The notes under the pieces were generated by a model. That model worked only from the letters and a program-made list of their open reading frames with translations. It was not told where the DNA came from and did not search any database. From Schizochytrium sp. TIO01 (Eukaryota; Protista; Bigyra: Labyrinthulomycetes): 64,000 nt of DNA. Positions 56,103 through 64,000 of this stretch are shown here, in pieces. The position numbers and the translations under genes were made by a program. Every line of letters begins with the position of its first letter. The stretch's first letter is position 1. The DNA is taken from assembly GCA_004764695.1 (NCBI GenBank), contig SMSO01000032.1, positions 3,690,483 to 3,754,482 on the forward strand, read 5' to 3'.

Positions 56103-58100
56103 ATGTCGAGCCAACAACAAAATCGCAGAGGTAGTAATGCGTCGAGAAATGGCATGAGCGGTTATCACAGTGGAGGCAGGAGGAACTCCGAGGGACCGAG
56201 CGCTTTGGCAGCGTCCGTTCCCGGTGAGAACGCTGTGAGCTCGTGGATTCGAAGACATTTTAAGCCTCCTCGTGCGGTCTTCTTACTCACCTTCGTATTA
56301 TTTCTTAATTACGTGGATCGCGGTATTATTGCAGGTGCGGCTACCGATATCCGAGGATGTGTACCTTCAGTAGATTTTTGCGGTGATTTGCACGAAGTGG
56401 AAACTTGCGATGGTGGGCATCTCTCCCCAAACGAAACTATTTGTGAACAGTGCCGTGTCTGTGGTGAGGTATGCCATGGGGAAGCCATCAGACAAACTGG
56501 CTTTGGCATAAGTACAGCTCGTTTAGGTGTCTTGCAGAGTGTTTTTATGCTTGGATACATGTTTGGGGCAGTCCTTTTTGGCCATCTCGTGACAAAAATC
56601 AAACCCTTCCGTTTAATATCATGCGGCCTATCAATTTGGGTAGTTGCAAGTCTACTCAGTGGATTTGCAGGCTTCTCTTGTAAACCAAGTGAAGACGACT
56701 CTGTGTGCTCGTCATACTATTTGATGGTCTTTGCGCGAGCCATGAGTGGTATTGGCGAGGCATCCTTAAATACTCTCTCGTTGCCCTTTTTAGATGATAT
56801 ACTTGACCCCAAAAGCAAAGGGTTTTACATTGGTATTTTTTATACGGCAATTCCTGTGGGTACTGCTTTTGGGTTCATGTGGGCAGGAACTGTCTCTATG
56901 GTAACGGACGGCATGTGGGAATACGCATTCATTATCCAAGCCCCACTAATGGTTCCATTTGCTTTTCTTGCATGGTTTGTGCCATTTGAGTACAAACTCA
57001 ACCCAAATACTGGCCCCCTACCAAGTAGCAATAAGAGCCAAATCGATCCAGATTCAAGTAGCGACGAGGAAAGTGACTCAGAGGTGGATGATGAGGATAA
57101 TGAAGCTCTTAGTGCCATTACAGAAGGTGAGGATGAGGAACGAGCTGATCGAAGCGCTGCGAATACTCCTGTCCCTGCACCAGCACTTCGCGAACCATCA
57201 GTAAGCGTGCAGAGTCTCAACGAGCCACTATTGTCAAATGCTTCAAATCAAGAATCGACTATGGCCGGGGGCTCCAGACCAAATCCTGTTAATACTGATC
57301 GGGATATGGTGCGTCGTAATTCATCCTCACAGCGACTTTTGTCACCTAATTCACGAGCGTCTAGTAAAGCTACACGCAGGATGACCTTTCGTGCTGGTAT
57401 CAAGGCGTGTCTTGTGCGACCAGCATATGTACTGGGTGCTCTTGGTTATGCCATGTATACAGGTGTTGTGGCTGGCTTAGGATTTTACGGACCATCGTTC
57501 CTACAGAATTACCGGTCATGTGATCCTCGGTGGCAATTCTCTCAAACTCGGGCAGACATTCTCTTTGGTGTTATCATTAGTTTTTCTGGTTTGCTGGGAA
57601 CAGTGCTCGGTGGTTATATGGTGGATCAAATCAAAACAGACAGCCTGGGCCAGAAAAATAGGAATGACATGTTGCATCAAATGCTCGTCCAGGTGACGTG
57701 TGGCTTCCTTGGCTCACTGATGGCCCTTATGATGGTTGAACCACTCCTCTTTTTCATATTTCTTTTTTTTGGGGCCGTCTTCATTTTTATGGTTAGCTCT
57801 GCTATTAATATGCTTTTGATGTGGACAGTTCCCAAATCATGTAGGCCAATGGCAAATGCGCTTACTACATTAACTATTCATCTCTTTGGTGATGTTCCAT
57901 CTCCAATCTTCATTGGCTGGGTCTCGGATAACTTTTCTCCCCTTATTACTCTAGCGGTAACTATTTCCTTCTTGCTGGTTTCTGTCATACTATGGTCATG
58001 CATTCTCCCTCTTCCTGAAGAAGCAAAACGACGTAAGCAATCTTCAGCAGATGCATTGCGAGAGTTACAACGCCGTCACTCTTCTATGATCCAAGCATAA
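56103..58100 (+). CDS. MFS transporter, Spinster (SPNS) family
   Basis: FLNYVDRGIIAG, ARAMSGIGEAS, FYTAIPVGTAFG, TIHLFGDVPSPIFIGWVSD; 12 hydrophobic segments with a long acidic central loop. First ATG at 56103. Confidence 0.92.
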   Translation: MSSQQQNRRGSNASRNGMSGYHSGGRRNSEGPSALAASVPGENAVSSWIRRHFKPPRAVFLLTFVLFLNYVDRGIIAGAATDIRGCVPSVDFCGDLHEVETCDGGHLSPNETICEQCRVCGEVCHGEAIRQTGFGISTARLGVLQSVFMLGYMFGAVLFGHLVTKIKPFRLISCGLSIWVVASLLSGFAGFSCKPSEDDSVCSSYYLMVFARAMSGIGEASLNTLSLPFLDDILDPKSKGFYIGIFYTAIPVGTAFGFMWAGTVSMVTDGMWEYAFIIQAPLMVPFAFLAWFVPFEYKLNPNTGPLPSSNKSQIDPDSSSDEESDSEVDDEDNEALSAITEGEDEERADRSAANTPVPAPALREPSVSVQSLNEPLLSNASNQESTMAGGSRPNPVNTDRDMVRRNSSSQRLLSPNSRASSKATRRMTFRAGIKACLVRPAYVLGALGYAMYTGVVAGLGFYGPSFLQNYRSCDPRWQFSQTRADILFGVIISFSGLLGTVLGGYMVDQIKTDSLGQKNRNDMLHQMLVQVTCGFLGSLMALMMVEPLLFFIFLFFGAVFIFMVSSAINMLLMWTVPKSCRPMANALTTLTIHLFGDVPSPIFIGWVSDNFSPLITLAVTISFLLVSVILWSCILPLPEEAKRRKQSSADALRELQRRHSSMIQA

Positions 58101-58696
58101 AAACATTTCCTAATGTTTTTTTATACACTGTAAATTTTAAGCAGAACGATATGAATAAATAAGTCTCTCTTTTTTTCTAATCCATCACTTGTTTAATTCT
58201 TCAGAGTTAGTGTAAAAAAAATAATCCCCTGATCATTATCATCGTTATCTCTTTTTCTTTTTTCCAACTAACAAGTTAGTTCAGGTCATCACGCGTTTAT
58301 CTCTTTTGTTTGAGACACGTTATGCGAAGATATCTGTCTTATTCGTTGAATGTCAGCACCCTGTGAAGCCTATCATTTCTTTTGTCTACCCTGGCCGGCC
58401 GTTCTATTGACTTTGTGGTTTGGGTCTTGATTCGAGAGATATTGTTTGCATCACAATACTCAGATGTCAAAATTTAGGCCATTTTATTGAAATGTTTGAG
58501 TCTAACTTTTGAGTCATTCTGCTTCTTCACTAAAACAAGTTCCTACGGCCAGACTCAGACGTCTCTAAACATCACTTCTTTCATAACAAAAATAATTTTC
58601 GTCTTGATCTTAATTCCACTGCACTGAAAGTGAAATTTGAACAATATCAACAACATCTGTTTTTTAAGAGTGTTAAAATTTTTAAAAGTATAAGTA

Positions 58697-61600
58697 TTAT
58701 GAAATCTTAATTCCATTGATTGCCTCCACTATGTCCTCGAGGAATGCCTTTAAACCTTCAGGCTTACCCCTGAAAGGTATCTTTATCAATCTATGAAGTT
58801 GAGAAATTCTAGGCTGGACAATACATAGTGTGGAGGGTTTATCAATCTTTTCAATTATGATATTTTCCTGGTAAGCGACAAACTGGTCTGGGTCGAGATC
58901 CCAAAACATGCCGGCTATTTGGTTGAGTGTGGGACTTTGTGGGTGCATAGTTTGAACTTTATGCATTGCTTCTCTGTATCTTTTACGAAACTCTTGCACT
59001 CGAAGATGGCAACCTTGACAGTGTGATAAATAGTCAGATTGATATTGAATATCCAAAGCCTTGAAACATATGTCGCAAAAGAACATGCAGCTTGCATGGG
59101 TTTCACAGAAGTACTTGTGTTCATTTAATACCACCATTGCGGTGCAGCCGCCCTTTCGACACTGTCTCTGTGCTGATTTAATCCTTTTCTTGAGTCTGTC
59201 TTCTTTATCACCAAACAATTCATATTCCATCGAGTCCCTCTTTTTATTCACCCTAAATCTCTCAAATTCGATCGTCTCGATGGTTCCTTCCGCACACACT
59301 TTGCAAAACTGTGGCCCTTTATTTGCTGTGGAGCAATGGATGTAATAACAGCCATCTGAGTTACCGCTTCGCCTTGCCAGAAAAAGGGACGCATTCGGGT
59401 GTAAAGCATCGTCATTGGAGGAAACACACGCGTAACCTTCCTCTTCCTCTTCCTCCTTAGACGAAGGCACTGTTGTATTCTTTATATACGTAACTCGTAG
59501 TTCTTGCTTGCAATGGTGACAGTGAACACCTAATATTAATTGCTCCTCCGAGTGACTGCTATTTCTGTATTTATCAAAATCCGCGCTGGATACCTCCGGT
59601 TGTAAGCACAAAAGACATTTAAGATTTGGCAAAATAAGATTTTCTTGCGCAAAACAAAGGTTTTCGTGTGCGGGAGGTTCATTTTTTGACAAATGGCTAC
59701 GATCAATAGTAAAGCCGCAACGTTTTTGATTAGATTCATCACACAATGCACATGCTCGGAAAACTGCATATGGTAAACTTGCGAGCTGATGCACCAAAAG
59801 TTCAGGGCGAACGCCTCGGTATCTTTTTAGAGCTACAAAACAGGCAGGCTTCTTACAAACTGTGCAACTTATCCACCTGAAGTTCTCATCAAAATGCATT
59901 CCATGTTGGTCTTGCGTTGCATCTTCATCTTCTCTGAGTGAGCCATTTACTCCAGGTAGAAATACCACGTGTCTGTGGGCAGAGGAGTTTTCCTGGGTAT
60001 CAGACATGCTCCCCTCTTCACCCCCTTCTTTGTGTTCTTCATTTCCTTCACTTTCTAATTTCTCATCCTCATCTTCATCTTTGCCTTTGAGTTCAAGTTC
60101 ATCCTCGCTCTCGTTTTTATCGTCACTTTCCTCCTCCTCCTCTTCCTCCTCCTCCTCCTCCTCATCATCATCATCATCTTCTTCTTCTTCATCCTCATCA
60201 TCCTCATCATCCTCATCATCCTCATCATCCTCATCCTCATTTGCATCATTTTCGTCCTGATCTTCGCCATAATTTCCCCCCAACTCTTGGTATCCTTCAT
60301 CTTCACCATCACTATCTTCTGCTATGGCATTATTCAATTTAGCATTAGAAGACACCGCTTCATTTGCTTCACCTGGGTCCTGAGAAGAACTTATCGCAAT
60401 AGAGTTGGTTTCCGCTGTTGAATTTCCATCACCGATATTATGAGGCAATTCAAAAGCTGCAGAGTACGACGGAATTCTAGGATCAATACAAGGTCGATTT
60501 GAAGGGCAACGCCGTTCGTATCGCTCCTCGCCTTGTTCCATACTTTCCTCGCGGTCACTACCACCATCACCAGAATTAGCATCAAAATCATCAAATTGAT
60601 CATCACCATCATCATCATTATCGAAACTGTCGCCTGTCTTATCACTACAAGAAGTACTAACAGTATTAGCATTATCGGCAGTATCAGCATCAGCAACATC
60701 GTCAATAGCAGTGTTACTCTCTAGACTTCGTGACGCCGTGTCGGAATCTTGGTTGCTCAGGTCTTCATCTTCTTCACTAATATCGACATCAGTGGGAATG
60801 GCACACCTTGGGCAGGTGTAGATTCGATGGCCAACGATGGCTTCGATGAGGTCCTTACGAAAGTTGCCAAAAAAAAAGCTTCGTGCCACGCTTATCATCT
60901 GCTGCTTACTATCTGGGATGATCAATAGTTTGCGATGAAATTTTTGATGAGAACCACTTCCACCGATAAATGTCAAGATCTGGGCTTTCTTTTCTTCTTC
61001 AGTCCCACGTGGGGTGACCGTGGCTGTTCCATGTTTGATTTGCTTGTTCAAAATATCATAAACGCGCTCGAAATTCTTCTCATTCCGGACAACCCTTCCT
61101 TGAAACTGGGTGAGGGCGGTGGTTTTCATTGCTCTTGAGCGTAGCGCGATAGCTGCTAAAAGAAGAGGGAGATCAAATCCTCGAGCATGTTTGGAGACCA
61201 CTAAAAGCAGATTTGCTTCGCCATTTTCAAGAACATTTTTGGACTCTCGTTGCTCCAATGGGCAATCCTTGACTTTATCAAGCGGGCTTTGAAGTAAGTA
61301 TCTGCCTTCTCCAGTATCCACGATTATCTTTAAATACTGCTTACGAACGAGTTGACCATCGCCAATACAGACGTAGGTCATATCTCCATCAACCTTTTTC
61401 ATGTAGCTAGTAAACATACCGCCCCCATTGGGGTGGAAAAAGTCAAACGCCATTTGTTGAAAAGGGGAGCAATTTTCCACGTTTGCTGCAGTGACACCTG
61501 CAAGCATTCTTCGTAGGCCATTTAAGGTCCTATGCAGAGCATTACGGTTTGGGAAACTACAGATCGCATAGATAGGAGCAGTAGAATATAAAGCAGTATT

Positions 61601-63274
61601 ATAACTCTTCGCAGCCTCTGTACACTGAAAATCTTCTCCAGGAATCTGTTGAGCACGGAGAAGCACTTCATAATTGAGTTTCGCTAGTGCGGATAGAAAG
61701 TGTAGTAGACCTGTAGTTGGTTTTTCTCCACCTCCTACACAAGCAGGTCCAACAATTGGACGTATACCATCTCTATAGTATAAAACATCTGGTATTGACG
61801 AGTCGCCAGATTCCACAGAACGATTGAGCGCATATCCTGCTCGAAGCAACCCTCCAAAGATACTCCGAACTAGCCGTTTAAGGGAGCTTCGTAAGTCAAG
61901 TGTACCACTCAAATGCATCGACAAAGCAAATGCTGGTTCGACTTCGGACCGAAGTATTGTTGTGGTTTTCGTGTCATCACTACTTGCTACATCCGCCTCA
62001 TCACGAATTAATTTTGATCCGTGCCACATTCCCAACCAATGAAAAACGCCTCCTCCTGTAAATCGGTTTCGATTTTTCAGTGTTTGCCAAAGGCTTACAA
62101 TCAGCACAACTTCATGAATTTTACTCGGAGAATGACAACTCCATCCAAACTTTCCTGTGTTGATGTTTTCCTGGCATTTTGGAATGAGAGGTTGCCATCC
62201 GGCCCACCCACCAATGCAGCTCACGGTCCTTCCTAGAAACCAGGATATGAGGCAGTATGGTCGACTTCCGATTAAGACAGTGTCGTACAATGATGGATAA
62301 ACTTTACATAAGTCACAATCATTGCCGAAGAAAGTTTGATAAAGCTTTCGTGCAACAATTCTTATTTGTTGACGTCCTTGGAGGTCTGTGTACGCAATCA
62401 ACCCAGACATAAACGTGTGTATTATGAGAGTATCTAAGTCCTCCTCACTGTCAGGTAGGATTGCCCTGAAACCGGTTGCATTTTGAAACACAGATTGAAA
62501 TTTTTCGATTTTTTCTTCAATTTCCTCGCGTTCAGCTCCCATAAGCTTTTTTGTTATATTGGGAAGGCTCTGCAAGAGTGTCTCTGGTGGCTCTTTGCTA
62601 TAACCAAAATAAAGAGAGGACATCGTCAAATGCACTTTTCCATCGTTAGAGGTTCTGTATAAAGTAACGTCAGCATTGTCGTGTCGTAGCTGCTGGAAGA
62701 TTTTGTCTATTTCAGGGTCATCTGATTGCAAGTTTTCCACTAGAACCTTTTCTAACAGCTCAGCGGCTGTCAAAATTTGGCCTTGAAACTGCTGTCCAAA
62801 GCAATCCATCGGCACGGGCATTGACCCAATATCTTGCAAATACGCCGTAACGCATCCAATCAAGGTTTTGCCGGAGCCAGTGCCCAAATTCGCTTGAAGA
62901 CCTGGCTGAGTTGCCGCAAGCGGGAAAAGAGCAACCTTTGTTAGCTGCTCATCAGTGACACATCCATCGGAAGGCGTCTTGCCAGTCTGAATCTTCACCT
63001 CTCCACTGCTCAGTGCTGAGAAGACTTCTTTCTGTCCTGATCGGAATAAGTTTGAATTGCATTTTTCACGAACATAATCAGCAATGAGGCAGTGTATGCG
63101 ATCTTTGATTAATTCGCGAGATTCAATGTCTCTATGTATACGTTCGAAGAAATTCCCTTGCGGATCTTGCATTGCCTCCAAGTCCTGCACACTCAAAAGG
63201 ACTGTACCAACGTTCTCAGCGATACGTTCTGAGCTCATAGCATAAATTGGGACGGGATTGAGACTTTGCGACAT
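58697..63274 (-). CDS. Large SF2 (ResIII/DExD-like) helicase-ATPase with an acidic linker and a Cys-rich multi-zinc-finger C-terminus (1525 aa)
   Basis: Intronless ORF. Motif I GTGSGKT (62864-62884), motif II LIRDEAD (about 61991-62011), motif III SGT (61901-61909), motif V RGFDLP (about 61166-61183), motif VI QFQGRVVR (about 61085-61108); poly-D/E tract; many CxxC pairs in the last about 400 aa. Confidence 0.82.
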   Translation of the reverse strand: MSQSLNPVPIYAMSSERIAENVGTVLLSVQDLEAMQDPQGNFFERIHRDIESRELIKDRIHCLIADYVREKCNSNLFRSGQKEVFSALSSGEVKIQTGKTPSDGCVTDEQLTKVALFPLAATQPGLQANLGTGSGKTLIGCVTAYLQDIGSMPVPMDCFGQQFQGQILTAAELLEKVLVENLQSDDPEIDKIFQQLRHDNADVTLYRTSNDGKVHLTMSSLYFGYSKEPPETLLQSLPNITKKLMGAEREEIEEKIEKFQSVFQNATGFRAILPDSEEDLDTLIIHTFMSGLIAYTDLQGRQQIRIVARKLYQTFFGNDCDLCKVYPSLYDTVLIGSRPYCLISWFLGRTVSCIGGWAGWQPLIPKCQENINTGKFGWSCHSPSKIHEVVLIVSLWQTLKNRNRFTGGGVFHWLGMWHGSKLIRDEADVASSDDTKTTTILRSEVEPAFALSMHLSGTLDLRSSLKRLVRSIFGGLLRAGYALNRSVESGDSSIPDVLYYRDGIRPIVGPACVGGGEKPTTGLLHFLSALAKLNYEVLLRAQQIPGEDFQCTEAAKSYNTALYSTAPIYAICSFPNRNALHRTLNGLRRMLAGVTAANVENCSPFQQMAFDFFHPNGGGMFTSYMKKVDGDMTYVCIGDGQLVRKQYLKIIVDTGEGRYLLQSPLDKVKDCPLEQRESKNVLENGEANLLLVVSKHARGFDLPLLLAAIALRSRAMKTTALTQFQGRVVRNEKNFERVYDILNKQIKHGTATVTPRGTEEEKKAQILTFIGGSGSHQKFHRKLLIIPDSKQQMISVARSFFFGNFRKDLIEAIVGHRIYTCPRCAIPTDVDISEEDEDLSNQDSDTASRSLESNTAIDDVADADTADNANTVSTSCSDKTGDSFDNDDDGDDQFDDFDANSGDGGSDREESMEQGEERYERRCPSNRPCIDPRIPSYSAAFELPHNIGDGNSTAETNSIAISSSQDPGEANEAVSSNAKLNNAIAEDSDGEDEGYQELGGNYGEDQDENDANEDEDDEDDEDDEDDEDEEEEDDDDDEEEEEEEEEEEESDDKNESEDELELKGKDEDEDEKLESEGNEEHKEGGEEGSMSDTQENSSAHRHVVFLPGVNGSLREDEDATQDQHGMHFDENFRWISCTVCKKPACFVALKRYRGVRPELLVHQLASLPYAVFRACALCDESNQKRCGFTIDRSHLSKNEPPAHENLCFAQENLILPNLKCLLCLQPEVSSADFDKYRNSSHSEEQLILGVHCHHCKQELRVTYIKNTTVPSSKEEEEEEGYACVSSNDDALHPNASLFLARRSGNSDGCYYIHCSTANKGPQFCKVCAEGTIETIEFERFRVNKKRDSMEYELFGDKEDRLKKRIKSAQRQCRKGGCTAMVVLNEHKYFCETHASCMFFCDICFKALDIQYQSDYLSHCQGCHLRVQEFRKRYREAMHKVQTMHPQSPTLNQIAGMFWDLDPDQFVAYQENIIIEKIDKPSTLCIVQPRISQLHRLIKIPFRGKPEGLKAFLEDIVEAINGIKIS

Positions 63275-63566
63275 TGTTCCAATTGTTGAATTGAGCCTAT
63301 TCCTTGGTTTATTTCTTGAAATTTGATGCCAGCGAGTTGTGGGTTTGCTTGCGACTTTGTTAAAGCATGTGAATTCGGTTGCAATAGACTCTCACTTGTT
63401 GAAGAAAAGGCTTTGATTTGAGGGACACTGTGACAGTTGTAAACGTTGACTTGTTCTGGGTAGGTTTATCTGATAAACGCCTCTAACCTCGCATTAAATT
63501 AAAGCATGGGAGAATTGTATCTGACGAGCCGCTTATCACATGTTGAAGTTGTACGCAGTGCCAATG

Positions 63567-63608
<42 letters not shown>
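63567..63608. repeat. Compound microsatellite (AT)10(AG)11
   Basis: Read directly; about 300 bp upstream of the helicase ATG. Confidence 0.9.
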
Positions 63609-63609
<1 letters not shown>

Positions 63610-64000
63610 TGTGAATACCTATGCAGAAAGATAAACTTTTCTCAAATTTAGGATAATTACTAATGGACCTTTAAAACGTATGAATAAAAGCACTTGATTT
63701 CCCGTGTTCCTCCTTCTTTCTCCTTGTTGTCCAAAAGAGAGCCAAATCCTGACCAAACTAATTTATTATTATCATTTTTTTACTTTTCAAGTAAATTTAA
63801 ATTTAAAAAAAGAAAAAGTTTTAATCTTTAAAATCGCCGCTTGTTTCCTCTGGCTAAACTTACTCTTGGTCCTCACTCGGCAAAACATGATTACACGAAT
63901 CGAGTCAAACCAAGTCAAAACTTTTTAAAGGCAGAACAGATAGCTCCGCCACAATATTCACTTAGACATCTGGAACGGCAATACGTGAAAACCAGAGAAG

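Overview
Eukaryotic nuclear DNA: intron-poor genes with short GT-AG introns and CTAAC branch points, separated by long AT-rich, microsatellite-rich spacers. The style suggests a heterotrophic stramenopile such as a thraustochytrid, but that is inference only. About 13 credible protein-coding genes: a partial PDZ+TBC Rab-GAP, a COMMD5-like protein, an SOS1/NHX7-type Na+/H+ antiporter, a hypothetical protein, a TKL kinase fused to a 28-unit armadillo array, a PTEN-like phosphatase-C2 protein, a head-to-head pair of related coiled-coil proteins, a CAX Ca2+/H+ exchanger, a 3-exon mitochondrial phosphate carrier, an STPG/ODF3-like protein, a 3-exon membrane-anchored MsrB-like protein, a Spinster-type MFS transporter, and a 1525-aa ResIII-like SF2 helicase with acidic and Cys-rich tails. 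The two strongest leads are (1) the kinase-ARM gene, whose 132-bp units have a near-invariant scaffold but hypervariable, shuffled residues on the ligand-binding helix, resembling a diversifying immune/recognition receptor, and (2) the large helicase with restriction-enzyme/virus-like motifs. No tRNA, rRNA, CRISPR array or intact transposase was recognised.
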